From: an uncultured bacterium
Lineage (GTDB): Bacteria; Krumholzibacteriota; Krumholzibacteriia; Krumholzibacteriales; Krumholzibacteriaceae
Assembly (NCBI GenBank): GCA_963786935.1
Contig: CAWBAN010000005.1
Location: 192,001-256,000 of the forward strand
Length of the DNA: 64,000 bases
Direction: 5' to 3'
Shown one piece after another: positions 1-10,714 of the stretch (position 1 is its first letter; each line of letters starts with the position of its first letter). Under the pieces are notes generated by a model. The model made no database searches and was not told the DNA's origin. It worked only from the letters and a program-made list of their open reading frames with translations. A program made the translations under genes and the position numbers.

Positions 1-1016
1 TCCGTTCGACCGGCCCCGTGCCGGAAGCAGATGATCCCCGAGCGTTCCCGCTTCCCGCGGGGGCTCGTCACGATATGGCCGCGCGACCGGAGACCCCGCT
101 CGAGGAGATCGGTGATCCCGAGGATCCGCTTCTCGACGCGCGCCGTGCCGATCTCGAGGAAGCGCCCGATCGTCGCGCCGAGCCCGGCGATCCCGTATAG
201 ATTGAGCGTGCCCTCCTCGAATCTCCCCGCGTCCCCCCGGGGCGTCGGATCGTAATCGAGGTAGGCCCGCGGATTCCGCACGCCGAGCCAGCCCGGATTC
301 CAGACGTCGGTCTCGTCGAGAAGCTCCTCGCGGCAGTAGAAGAACCCCGTTCCCACGGGGCCGAGGAGCCACTTGTGAGCGCCGGCGGAGAGGAAATCGA
401 TCTTCATCGCGCGCACGTCGCAGCGGAGCATGCCGAGCGACTGGATCCCGTCGACGTGGAGGTATATTTCCCGGCTTCGGCAGAAGGAGCCGAGCGCGGC
501 GAGATCGACGCGATAGCCGTTCGAGAACTGGACCGCGCTCACCGTGACGCAGCGCGTCCGCGCGGTGCAGGCGGCGGCGAGCATCTCGGCCGTGATTCTC
601 CCGTCGCGCGGCGGCACGAGAACGGTCCGCACGCCGCGCTTCTCGAGGGCGATCCACGGGTACGCGTTCGCGGGAAACTCGATCGAGGGCATGACGACGT
701 TGTCCCCGCGCTTCCAGCGGATGCCGTTCGCGGCGAGCAGCACCCCCTGCGTCGTGTTCTTGACGAACGCGATCTCGCCGGGGCGGGCGCCGACGAGGCG
801 CGCGGCGCACGTGCGCGTGTCGTCGACCATGCCGAACACGGCGTCCTCGCAGAGAACCCCTTTCTCGAAGAAGCCGTCCGCCACGGCGTTCATCGCCGCC
901 CGCACGCGGGTCGAGAGCGGGCTCACCGCCGCGTGGTTGAAATAGATATATCGTTTCGCCGCGGGGAATTCCTTCCGGTAGCGCTCCGCGTCGAAGCCCC
1001 CTTGTTTCGTGTCCAC
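1..1016 (-). CDS. Aminotransferase class V / cysteine desulfurase-like PLP enzyme (3' end outside the window)
   Basis: Not in the ORF track because the frame runs off the window edge. Manual translation from GTG at 1016, behind a GGAGGT RBS, gives VDTKQGGFDAERYRKEFPAAKRYIYFNHAAVSP...FVKNTTQG...HVDGIQSLG...SAGAHKWLLGP (PLP lysine motif). Confidence 0.9.
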   Translation of the reverse strand, partial: MDTKQGGFDAERYRKEFPAAKRYIYFNHAAVSPLSTRVRAAMNAVADGFFEKGVLCEDAVFGMVDDTRTCAARLVGARPGEIAFVKNTTQGVLLAANGIRWKRGDNVVMPSIEFPANAYPWIALEKRGVRTVLVPPRDGRITAEMLAAACTARTRCVTVSAVQFSNGYRVDLAALGSFCRSREIYLHVDGIQSLGMLRCDVRAMKIDFLSAGAHKWLLGPVGTGFFYCREELLDETDVWNPGWLGVRNPRAYLDYDPTPRGDAGRFEEGTLNLYGIAGLGATIGRFLEIGTARVEKRILGITDLLERGLRSRGHIVTSPRGKRERSGIICFRHGAGRT

Positions 1017-1153
1017 GCGCACCTCCGGGTGACGAACCGTTCCAGTACGGAACATACACGCCCCGGCGCGGCGCGAACAAGCGGAAAACGATTCCGCCCC
1101 GCGGCGCGCCGGTGGTATCATGGGCCGGTGCCCCAACGCCCGGGAGGAGACGA

Positions 1154-2482
1154 GTGGCATTCGCCCGAAACGCAGCGATCACCTTCGTCACGAGAATCGC
1201 GCTCATTCTCGTCGGTCTCGTGACGAGCGTCATCATGGCGCGCTCGCTCGGCCCGGCGGGGAGGGGGCTTTTCTCGCTCGCCGTCGTCACGTCGATGATG
1301 GTTTTCTACGCGACGAACCTCGGCGTGGGCGCGGTGTCGGGGTATTTTCTCGGGCGTAAGAAGACTCCCCTCGCCGTTCTCGCGGGCAACCTGCTGAGCA
1401 TCTCGACGGTCGTCGGCGCGGCGGCGCTCGCCCTTTCGCTCGCGCTGTCGGGCGTCATCGCCTCGAGGATCATCCCCTCGGTTCCGCACTGGGCGATCGT
1501 CGCCGCGCTCTTCGCGGTGCCGTTCGCCGGTCTCCTGTACAGTTTCCAGATGCTCTTTCGCGCGAACGACGACTTCCGCAATTTCAACCTCGTCGAGCTG
1601 CTTCAGCCCTGCTCGTTCTTCGTCGTCTTCATCCTCGGGATGGCGCTCGTTCCGGCGCGGCTCTTCGGCGTGTCCATCGTCGGGTATCTCGTTTCCATGA
1701 TCGTCGCCGGGCTCGGCGCGGTGCTTTTGATGAGAAGGTGCGTGCGGTTCGGATTCCGGTGGGATCCCGACATCGTCAAAGGCACGCTCCGCTTCGGTGT
1801 GCAGCAGAACGCCGCGATATTTCTCGACATCCTCAACTACCGGTTCGACATGCTCCTCGTGAACTATTTCCTCGATCCGGCGCACGTCGGCTTCTACGCG
1901 GTCTCGCTGGCGCTCCCCGAGAAGCTCTGGAACGTGCCGAACATCCTCTCGTCGGTGCTCCATCCGCGCGTCGCCCGCGCGGGAAGCGACGAGGAGGCGA
2001 ACCGGGACACGGCACGGGTGTCGCGGATCACCGTGCTCATCATCGGCGTCTCCTGCGTCGCGATCCTCCTCTTCGGAGGCTTCCTCGTCCGGCTCCTGTA
2101 CTCCGAACGGTTCTCGCCCGCCGTCTCGCCCATGCTCATTCTGCTCCCGGGCATCCTCATGATGAGCGTGGCGAAGGTCCTGACGAGCGATCTCATCGCC
2201 CGGGGCTATCCGCGGGCGAACATGTGGGCGGGGCTCGTCGCCGTCGCCGCGAACGTCGGCTGCAACGTGATCATGATCCCGCCTCTGGGGATCGCGGGCG
2301 CGGCGCTCGCCTCGACCGTTTCCTACACGCTCTACGCCGCGGTCGTCGCGGGCTACTTCGTCCGGGTCACCGGAGTGCGGCTCGACCTGGTTATGGTGCC
2401 GCGCGCCGCCGACGCGCGCCATCTCATGGGCGCCGTCCGGCGGGAGCTGTCGAGGATATTCGTTCGGGCGGGGGAACGGTAG
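1154..2482 (+). CDS. wzx: Wzx-type oligosaccharide flippase (polysaccharide biosynthesis family)
   Basis: GTG start after GGAGGAG; polytopic hydrophobic protein with ARSLGPAGRG, RFDMLLVNYFL and VGFYAVS motifs typical of MOP/Wzx exporters. Confidence 0.85.
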   Translation: MAFARNAAITFVTRIALILVGLVTSVIMARSLGPAGRGLFSLAVVTSMMVFYATNLGVGAVSGYFLGRKKTPLAVLAGNLLSISTVVGAAALALSLALSGVIASRIIPSVPHWAIVAALFAVPFAGLLYSFQMLFRANDDFRNFNLVELLQPCSFFVVFILGMALVPARLFGVSIVGYLVSMIVAGLGAVLLMRRCVRFGFRWDPDIVKGTLRFGVQQNAAIFLDILNYRFDMLLVNYFLDPAHVGFYAVSLALPEKLWNVPNILSSVLHPRVARAGSDEEANRDTARVSRITVLIIGVSCVAILLFGGFLVRLLYSERFSPAVSPMLILLPGILMMSVAKVLTSDLIARGYPRANMWAGLVAVAANVGCNVIMIPPLGIAGAALASTVSYTLYAAVVAGYFVRVTGVRLDLVMVPRAADARHLMGAVRRELSRIFVRAGER

Positions 2483-2483
2483 A

Positions 2484-3335
2484 TCAGCGCTTTCGGGCCT
2501 GCACGGTGAGATCGGAGCACGAGAGGTCGTCGTCCGAGATGCCCTTCCAGCGGCGGGACAGCCGCGGTCGCGCGATTCCGTCCGTTCTCGTCACGCGCTT
2601 CGTCGAGAGGATCTCGAACCCGTTCTTCTCCAGAAGGGCGAGGTGCGTCGAGCAGGGCTCGCGGTTGATGAGGTAGGGGCGCCTGCCGGCGATCATCTTC
2701 CACATGAATTCGGGATACGCGCGGTAGCCGTTCCACCGGGCCGCCGTGCCGTGGGACGTGAAATCGATCTGGTGGGACATCATCCCGCCGGGCTTCAGCC
2801 AGCGGGAGAGCGCCCGGTAGGTGCTCTCGAGATCGATGACGTGCTCGAGGACGGCGTGCGATATGACGGCGTCGATCGACGCGGGCTCGATCACGCGCTC
2901 ATCCGACCACGGCACCATATACCGGATCGTCGTTCCGCCGCGATCGGTCCCCGGCGAGAGGATCGCTTCCCGGATCCGCGAGATCCGATGCTCGTCGAGC
3001 GACGCGTCCCGCTCGCGCGACAGCGAGGCGAGCTCGTCGAAAATCGCGAGATTGGCCTCGGCGTTGGAGAATCGGACGACGTCGAGCGCGCAGTAGCGTT
3101 CGACGCCCGAGAGGAGCGCGGCGAGGCCCACGCCGATGGAATCCCCCGGCCCGAGCTCCGCGAGCGTCCGGGGCATCTCGCGCATGCCGGCGGCGCGCAG
3201 GAGCGCGAGATGCTTGAGCCAGACCTCGAGGCAGTAGGAAGCCTTATCCGTGCCGCCGGTGCGCCCCTTCGGCAGCACGCGCGAAGCGCCGGGGATAAAC
3301 GTCAGGAGGCCTTTGACGAAGGGTTTGATCACCAT
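2484..3335 (-). CDS. Class I SAM-dependent methyltransferase
   Basis: C-terminal part of ORF 2484..3890, from MVIKPFVKG; motifs LAELGPGDS, DAVISHAVLEHV and LKPGG. Confidence 0.8.
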   Translation of the reverse strand: MVIKPFVKGLLTFIPGASRVLPKGRTGGTDKASYCLEVWLKHLALLRAAGMREMPRTLAELGPGDSIGVGLAALLSGVERYCALDVVRFSNAEANLAIFDELASLSRERDASLDEHRISRIREAILSPGTDRGGTTIRYMVPWSDERVIEPASIDAVISHAVLEHVIDLESTYRALSRWLKPGGMMSHQIDFTSHGTAARWNGYRAYPEFMWKMIAGRRPYLINREPCSTHLALLEKNGFEILSTKRVTRTDGIARPRLSRRWKGISDDDLSCSDLTVQARKR

Positions 3336-3348
3336 GCGCGCCGGCCGC

Positions 3349-5372
3349 TCAGCGGATGAGAACCATCTTCCTCGTCCGCGAGAACGATCCCGCGTCGAGG
3401 CGGTACAGGTACACCCCGCTCGAAACCGGCTTCCCCCTCGCGTCCGCGCCGTCCCAGCTCCGCTCGTGCAATCCGGCCGGGAGCGGCCCGTCCGCGAGCG
3501 AGCGCACGAGCCGTCCCGCCGCGTCGTAGACGCGCAGGGAGACGAGAGCCGGCTCCCGCAGGCTGAAACGAATCGTCGTCGCCGGATTGAACGGGTTCGG
3601 AAAGTTCTGGTCGAGCGCGGCGACCGCCGGAACATCCGTTCCCGTCGGCGCGAGCTCCGTCTTGTCGCAGAGGATCCAATGGCCGGGATCGAGCTCCGCG
3701 CCGAGCGCGGAGTCGGCGAGCGCCACGTGGAACTCCTCGTGCGCCTCGTCCACCCAGAACACGGTGTCGATGACGCCCGCCGCGGTCGTGATCCTGAAAT
3801 CGACGGGCATCGCGTAGGGACCGAGCTGCCCTTGGTCGACGACGATCGTGAGGTTGAACGCGTCGGCGAGGCGGTAGCATTTGCTCGCATAGCGATAGGT
3901 GGGCCGATCGGTGCGCGTGAGCCATTCGTCGAAGAACCACGAGAGGGGCGCGCCGTACTGCGCCTCGCAGAGCGCCCGGAAATCGTCCGTCTCCGCCGCC
4001 GCGAACCGGTAGCGCGGATCGGCGCAGTACTCCCCGAGGATCTGGAAGAAGGACGCGTCCCCGACGACGCGCCGCAGCATGTGGAGCACCCACGCGCCCT
4101 TGTCGTAGACGACGTTGTCGAAATAGTACCACGGATCGGCGTTGTCGGGATCCCGGAGAACCGGGCCGTTCCAGCGGTACGGGTGATCCTTGGATTCCAT
4201 GTACGTCTGGAGCTTCGCCGGGCCCTGCAGGTGCTCGAACCAGAGCGCCTCGCCGTAGCTCGCGAATCCCTCGTTGAGCCAGATGTGCGTCCAGTCCTTG
4301 CAGGTGATCATGTCGCCGAACCACATGTGAGCCATCTCGTGCACGAAGACCCAGTCGTAGTAATGGGTCCCCGTCACGAGGGAGGCGCCGTAGCTCGTGA
4401 GCGTCTGGTGCTCCATCCCCCCGCCGATGGGGCAGATCGCCACGCCGTACTTCTCGCCGGCGAAGGGGTAGAGCCCGAACGTGTCGGAGAAGAACCGGAG
4501 CGCCGGCACCGTGATGCTGAAATCGGTCGTCGCCTTCGACACGAGTGAGGGGTAGACGTAGTGCGTCACCGGCATCGTATCCCCCGGGGCGTAGACGAAT
4601 CGATCGTCGATCCTCGTATAGTACGCCGAGGTTACCGAGGCGAGGTAGGCCGACATCGGGTAGTCCTCGCGCCAGTGGTAGCGGCGATACGGCGCGCTCC
4701 AGCGCGTCTCGCTCGTGTATCCGAGGTAGGTGCCGTTCGACGTGGCGAAGAGCGGCGTGGGCACGGAGAAATAGAGATCGAACGTCGCCTTGTCGTCGGG
4801 ATAGTCCTTGCAGGGCCACCAGCCCCGCGCCGACCAAGGCTCGCTCAGCGAGTAGATGAGCGGGTAGCCGGAAGCGCTGGAGAAGAAGAGCCCCGGCTCG
4901 GCCGCGCCGTCGGGGGTCCCGGTGTAGATGATCTCGACGTCGACCGTGTCCCCCGCGGCGACGCCCGCGGGGAAGTCGATGGTGACGATGCCGGGCGAGC
5001 GCGTCCATTCGAGCGTGTCGCCGGCCGCCCTGCGCGCCCCCGATATTACGAGCGCGTCGTCGGCGTCGATCTCGATGACGTCGATCGCTCCCGCGACCGG
5101 CGTCACGCGCATCGTGACGCTTCCCTCCACGAGGCGCGATGTCGGATTGATCGCGATGTCGATCGTATAGTGGACGACGTCGTAGAGCAGCTGAGCGGGC
5201 GTCGGCTGCGGCGCGAGGCCCGGGCGGAGCGGGGCGACCCGCATCGAGCGCGCGAAGCTTCCATCTTCCGGAGAACGTCGCGGTGGATCGTCTCGAAGGG
5301 GGACTGGGCGCGGACGGCGACCGCGGCGAGCGCGCAGAACGCGGCGACTAACAAGGGAATCTCTCGGCGCAT
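3349..5372 (-). CDS. Secreted M1-family Zn aminopeptidase with FlgD-Ig/T9SS-like C-terminal domain; one frameshift near 5255-5260
   Basis: GGMEH, HEMAHMW and WLNEGFA motifs; C-terminus LDQNFPNPFNPATTIRF...RKMVLIR. The signal peptide (MRREIPLLVAAFCALAAVAVRAQ) is in ORF 5103..5372, in a different frame from the body (3349..5244). Confidence 0.85.
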
Positions 5373-5408
5373 GATCGAATCCTCCCGGAACCGATTGCCA
5401 TTTAATTA

Positions 5409-5437
5409 ATTATAGCATTCATGGGACGAATTGGCAA
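5409..5437 (-). promoter_or_regulatory. sigma70-type promoter for the M1 peptidase gene
   Basis: Minus strand reads TTGCCA-17 bp-TATAAT with an extended -10 TG, in an AT-rich patch. Confidence 0.7.
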
Positions 5438-5462
5438 CCTGGCGTTTCAAGGGATACGGCCG

Positions 5463-6762
5463 TCAATCCTCGTTGAGATAGCTCTGGCCGCGCCGCATGC
5501 GCGCGATATTCGTGAAGTACCCCGGCATGAACGAGGCGAGGCGGTAGATGATTCTCCACGCGGCTCAAGTAGTGGCCGAGGTCGAAGTAGAGCGGGTGGA
5601 GGACCGGCACGAAGACCCCTCTCCGCGGCGGCCGAGCGGTCGAACCGTCCGAGGAGCTCGCGCTCGAGCTCCCGCTGGAACTCCGGGCCCGGCGCGACGT
5701 CGAGATCGGCGAAATGCTGCCCGATGCTCAGCGTGCGCATCGGTATCACGCCGGCCGGGAGATGGAGCGGGTGGAAGTAGCCGTTGCGATACATCGTCTC
5801 GTATTTGAAGCCCGCCCCCTCGATAGCCATTCTCGTGTTGTTCCGTGAGATTGCTGTTCAGCTCGCCTCCGTGCATGCAGACGCCCGCCGCTTCCGCTCC
5901 GGTGATGTATTCGAGGAGCCGCTTCTCCCCGGCGGCGGCCTTGAACTCGTTCCCGAAGCGTCCCGACGTCGTCACGAACTCGCCGTGCAGCGCCATTTCG
6001 TTCGCGCCGATGAGCCGCGAGATAGCGTCTGATTTCCCGCGCGCCGTAGAACGGCCCGCACGGACGGACATAGGCGGTGCTGCGCGCGCCGTATTTCCCC
6101 TCGAGCGCGTGGATGAGCGGCATGTTCACGATCGCCTTGTCGACGTCGAAGCGCGGGCTCAGGGCCGCGCGGTAGGGGCGGCCGTCCCGGTGCGGCAGGC
6201 TCCAGATCCGGAGCTCGGGGACGCCCCGCCGCTCGTGCGCCGCACGGACCGCCGCGCGCACGGCGGCGATCTCCTCCCCGCCGTAGAATTGATGCGCGAC
6301 GGCCGTGTCGATGAGCGCGCGCAGCGCCGGATCGAGCGCCGCCATCCTGATGTCGGCGACGTCGTCGAGGAACGTCGGAGCGACATGGCCGTATCCGAGA
6401 TGCGTGAACATCTCCCGGGCGAAGTCCTGATACATCGAGGAGCAGTGGTAGCTGATCTCGAGCGCGCCGCGCGGGACGTGCGCGGCGACGGGATGATCGA
6501 AGGGGGGAACGCGCAGCTCCTTCCCGTAGATCTCGGCGACGGCGTTCGCGAGCGGGCAGGAAACGCGGATCGCGCCGGGCTCCGCGACGCGGATATCGAG
6601 CGCCGCGGCACCCCTCGCCTCCCACCACGCGGCCACCTCGCGCTGCGTCGCGAACCAGACGTCCCCGCGCGCGGCGGCGCGGGCGAGGAGGGCCTCATAC
6701 GGCGCGCGGTTCTTCACGAGCCGGTGTCTGGCGATCGCCCGCTGCAGCATTCCGAGGTTCAT
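5463..6762 (-). pseudogene. Polysaccharide-deacetylase-like protein split by about 4 frameshifts (pseudogene or assembly error)
   Basis: Consecutive pieces in different frames: RFDVDK (5746..6762), EMALHGE/CMHGG (5565..6071), FKYETMYRNGYFHP (5447..5830), FVPVLHPLYF (5419..5610) and IYRLASF...YLNED* ending at 5463. The DVD, HG and HP motifs resemble the CE4/NodB fold. Confidence 0.55.
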
Positions 6763-6771
6763 ATGCGCCGC

Positions 6772-7287
6772 TCACGGCTTGTAAGGCTTGAGCTTCTTGA
6801 GGAATTCCTTGTACTCGCCGGGACCCGCGAGCGGGATGCCGCACCGCGCCACCGGCACGGCGGGATTGCCCTGCACGAGCGTCATCGGCGGAACGTTCTT
6901 CGTGACGACGCTCCCCGCGGCAACCGCGGATCCCCGCCCGATCACGACGTTCGGGAGAATGATGACCCCGGGGCCGATGAACACGTCGTCCTCGAGCTTG
7001 ATCGATATGTGCTCCTCTCCCGGTCCCTTCGACTGTATGGGAATGCCGTGGAAATGCGCGATCATCGTCGTGCGCATGTTGATCTCGACGTTGTTGCCGA
7101 ACGAGATGCGCTCCGGATACTCCGTTTCGAGAATGAGATCGTACCCGAGCCAGACGTCATGGCCCATCCTGATGCCGCGGGCCTTGTGGCACCAGATGCG
7201 GAACGTGGTGGCGCCCGGCATGAAGCGCGCGAGATGCTGCAGGGATCTCGTCTTGAAGGCGCGGCAGTATCGTCTGAAGCGACTCAT
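6772..7287 (-). CDS. Hexapeptide-repeat (LbH) acyltransferase
   Basis: LEDDVFIGPGVIILPNVVIGRGSAVAAGSVVTKNVPPMTLVQGNPA. Confidence 0.9.
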   Translation of the reverse strand: MSRFRRYCRAFKTRSLQHLARFMPGATTFRIWCHKARGIRMGHDVWLGYDLILETEYPERISFGNNVEINMRTTMIAHFHGIPIQSKGPGEEHISIKLEDDVFIGPGVIILPNVVIGRGSAVAAGSVVTKNVPPMTLVQGNPAVPVARCGIPLAGPGEYKEFLKKLKPYKP

Positions 7288-7291
7288 GGCG

Positions 7292-7570
7292 TCATCCGCT
7301 CCTCTTCCGCGCCCGCGCCTCGATGTACCGGCACAGCGGGCCGATGACCGTGATGTCGTCCGTGTCCAGGCCCTCGTAATCGACCTCGATGCCGAACCGG
7401 TCGTCGATCGATCCGAGAAGATTGATGAGACCGATCGAGTCGATGACGCCCATCTTCATGAGATCGAAATCGTCCGGAACGGCGGCGACGTCGACGTTGT
7501 TCTCCGCGAACGAGGCGCGGAGCTCCGATATGATGAATGCCCGCACTTCATCGGCCGCAACGACGCTCAT
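7292..7570 (-). CDS. Acyl/aminoacyl carrier protein (DltC-like)
   Basis: 92 aa acidic protein with a GVIDSIG phosphopantetheine serine motif; its start overlaps the stop of the adenylation-domain gene. Confidence 0.85.
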   Translation of the reverse strand: MSVVAADEVRAFIISELRASFAENNVDVAAVPDDFDLMKMGVIDSIGLINLLGSIDDRFGIEVDYEGLDTDDITVIGPLCRYIEARARKRSG

Positions 7571-9172
7571 GCATCAGCCTCCAGTATTTTCTCCAGCGCG
7601 CGCCGGTCGTACTTCCCGTTCGCGGTCAGCGGAATCGCCGCGATCGGGTGAAATCTCTTCGGAATCATATACTCGGGGAGCCGATCCGCAATCCTTTTCT
7701 TTATCGCGGCGGCGTCGAAGGGATCCCCCTCGACGAACACCTCGATGCCGTCGGCGCCGCTCGTCGTGCGGGGCCAGCCGACGGCGACGATCCCCTGAAT
7801 GCCGGTTTCCTCCCGTATCGCCGCTTCGACCTCGCCGAGCTCGACGCGATGCCCGAGAATCTTGAGCTGCGAGTCGATGCGGCCGACGTAGCAGATCGGA
7901 CCGCCCGCCTCCGGCGCTCGCACGAGGTCGCCGGTCCGGTAATATACGCTCGTTCCGCCCGGGAGGGACGACGAACGCTTTCCTCGTCTTCTCGGGCTCG
8001 CCGAGATAGCCGAGCGTGACCTGGGCCCCCGTCATGAGCAGCTCGCCTTCCGCGCCGGTCGGGGACTTCCCGCAGCGCTCGTCGCAGACGAGGGGGGAGA
8101 GGGCGGGCACCGGATAGCCGATGGGAACGGTGTCGCGCAGGCATTCTCCCGGCGATTTCTCCGGATCCCAGCGATAGTACGTGCCGACGATCGCGAGCTC
8201 GGTCGGGCCGTAGAGATTTTCGATGGCCGAATTCGGCGCGGCTTCCATCCAGTCGCGCGCGACGGCGACGGGGAGCGGCTCGCCGCCGAAAATGCTGAGG
8301 CGGAGCGTCGGGAGATTGCCCTTCTTGAGCGAGCCGAGCCGCTTCATGAAGATCGCGACGGAGGGGACGGAGTTCCAGATCGTTATCTTCGCCTTGTTGA
8401 TGAAGGCCCCCGGATTGAGGAGCGCCTGCTGAGACGGGCAGCAGCAGCACGCCCCGCGCTCCCAGCCGAGGAACATGTCGAGCACGGACGGATCGAACGT
8501 GACGGCGTAGGTCTGCGAGAGGCGGTCTCGCTCCGTGATCTCGAATCGGGGAACGAGGAAATCGAGGAGCGCGCGGATGTTCCGGTGCGAGACCATCACG
8601 CCTTTCGGCACGCCGGTGCTTCCCGAGGTGAATATGATGTAGGCGATCGAATTCTCGTCGGGCGTTTTCGCCTCGTACGTTGCGGCCGCGCGGCAGTCGT
8701 CCGCGCCGAGGAAGGTATGCAGGGGGAACGCCCGCCGGAGCTCCGATACGTCCGTCTCCTCGGGCAGCAGGATCGCGAGCGGATACTCGATGCCGGCGAG
8801 CACCGCCGGGAGCTGTTTCGCGGACTCGCGATCGACGACGATCGACCGGCAGCCCGTCTGCCGGATCATGAACTGCGTGCGGTCGCTCGGATACGACCGG
8901 TTGAGCGGAACGTAGCCGTGCCCTCTCATGAGCGCGGCGACGATTCCCGCGAATTGGTACGGGGTGCGCGAGGCGAAGACCGCGGTGAGGGGCGGCCCGC
9001 CGGCGCTCTCGCGCGCGTCCATCGCCGCGGCGCAGCCGGAGGCGAGAGCCGAGAGCTCGCGGTACGTGTAGGCGCGCTTGGCGACCTCGAGGGCCGGACG
9101 CTCCGGAAAGCGCGCAGCCGACTGAAGATAGCCCGAAAGCAGGCCCCGATTGCCGGAATTCACGAAAACCAC
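7567..9172 (-). CDS. Stand-alone amino-acid adenylation domain (DltA-like), frameshifted near 7942 and probably at 8060-8078
   Basis: [28 protein letters not shown] and [14 protein letters not shown] in ORF 7574..9172; [18 protein letters not shown] and PLTANGK in the 7567..7923 frame. Confidence 0.85.
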
Positions 9173-9469
9173 CTCGTCGCACGGTGTCGTATCGTTTTAC
9201 AGCACTTACAATTAGCATCGTGAAACGCCGCCGTCAAGGCATTTCCCGCTTCGGGCGCTCATCCGCGGAGGACGGCCGGCGCCCCCGACACGAGGCCTCC
9301 GCGCGCGGCGCCGCGCAACCCGTTGCCTTACACGCGAGCGCTCTGATACAATCAACATTCTTGGGATAAGGAAGGGCGCGGCGCGCGGTCGGGATCGGCG
9401 CGGCGCGCATCGAGGATCGGCGCGTACAACGGGGAGCGGAAAATCGAGACACACGACAAGAAGCGGCTC

Positions 9470-10714
9470 ATGGGGAACTTCGCGTCCCTGTCGGTGCTGC
9501 AGGCCGCCAACTACATTATCCCGTTCGTCACGGTCCCGTACCTGACGCGGGTGCTCGGGCCCGCTCATTACGGCCTGATCGGCTTCGCCGCCGCGTTCGT
9601 CAACTACTTCACGATTCTCACGGGATACGGCTTCAACCTGTCCGCGACGCGGGAGATCTCGCTGCAGCGGGACGACCGGGAGCGGATATCGAGAATTTTC
9701 AGCTCGGTCATGATTATCAGGGCGGCGCTCCTCGCGGTGAGCGCGATCCTCCTGGTCGCCCTCGTCTACTCGGTCGGCAAGTTCAGGGCGGATGCGGGGC
9801 TCTATCTCGTTTCCTTCGGGATCGTGGCGGGCAACGTGCTGTTTCCCGTTTGGCTCTATCAGGGCATGGAACGGATGAAGTACATCACGTACATCAACCT
9901 CGCCGGCCGCGCCGGCTTTACCGTCGCCGTGTTCATGTTCGTCTCCGAGCAGGCGGACTACATGCTCTACGTGATCCTGAGCTCGGCAACCGCCGTGCTC
10001 GTCGGCGTCGCGAGCCTTTTCTGCGCGCTGAAGGTCTTTCGTATCGAATTCACGGCGCCCTCGTTCGAGGAGCTGCGGCGGGAGCTGATCGAGGGCTGGT
10101 ACGTCTTCGTCTCCTCGATCAGCACCGTTCTCTACACGTCCTCGACGACCTTCGTGCTGGGGCTCTTCACGAACAACACGATCGTGGGCTACTACACCGG
10201 GGCCGACAAGATCCGGCAGGCGGTGCAGGGGCTGTTCGCCCCCGTCTTTCAGACGTTGTATCCGTACGTGAACAAGCTCGCGCACGAGTCGAGGGAGCGG
10301 GCCATCGCGTTCATGCGGAAGGAGGCCCTCTATTTCGGAATCGGCGGAGGGATCATCTGCCTGCTCGTGTTTCTCGGAGCGGAGCCTCTTGTCGGGATCG
10401 TGCTCGGGAGGGCGTACGCCCCGTCGGTCGCCCTGCTGCGGATCCTGGCGTTCGCGCCGGTGCTGATCATTCTGGGAAACGTCCTGACGGTGCAGGGGAT
10501 GCTCTCGCTGAACCTCAAACGCGACTACTCGCTCGTGTACGTGTGCGCCGGCGTTTTCGGCATCGCCGCCATCGTGTACCTGACGCACCGTTTCGCGGCC
10601 CGCGGCACGGCGCTCTCGGTGGTGGCCGTCGAGGCGTTCGCGATCGCCATGACCCTGTACCGGATGCGCGCGAACGGCGTCGACCTGTTCGGCGCGCGGG
10701 GGAGCGGGATATGA
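9470..10714 (+). CDS. wzx: Wzx/RfbX O-antigen flippase
   Basis: NFASLSVLQAANYIIPFVTVPYLTRVLG, YGFNLSATR and FPVWLYQGMERMKY, typical of RfbX; the true start may be slightly upstream. Confidence 0.9.
   Translation: MGNFASLSVLQAANYIIPFVTVPYLTRVLGPAHYGLIGFAAAFVNYFTILTGYGFNLSATREISLQRDDRERISRIFSSVMIIRAALLAVSAILLVALVYSVGKFRADAGLYLVSFGIVAGNVLFPVWLYQGMERMKYITYINLAGRAGFTVAVFMFVSEQADYMLYVILSSATAVLVGVASLFCALKVFRIEFTAPSFEELRRELIEGWYVFVSSISTVLYTSSTTFVLGLFTNNTIVGYYTGADKIRQAVQGLFAPVFQTLYPYVNKLAHESRERAIAFMRKEALYFGIGGGIICLLVFLGAEPLVGIVLGRAYAPSVALLRILAFAPVLIILGNVLTVQGMLSLNLKRDYSLVYVCAGVFGIAAIVYLTHRFAARGTALSVVAVEAFAIAMTLYRMRANGVDLFGARGSGI

Noticed and set aside
5240..5270. Programmed frameshift joining the signal peptide to the M1 peptidase
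   Set aside because: No slippery heptamer is visible, and the site is one of many nearby indels, so an error is more parsimonious.
7292..9172. NRPS secondary-metabolite cluster
   Set aside because: There is no condensation or thioesterase domain, and the context is glycan biosynthesis.
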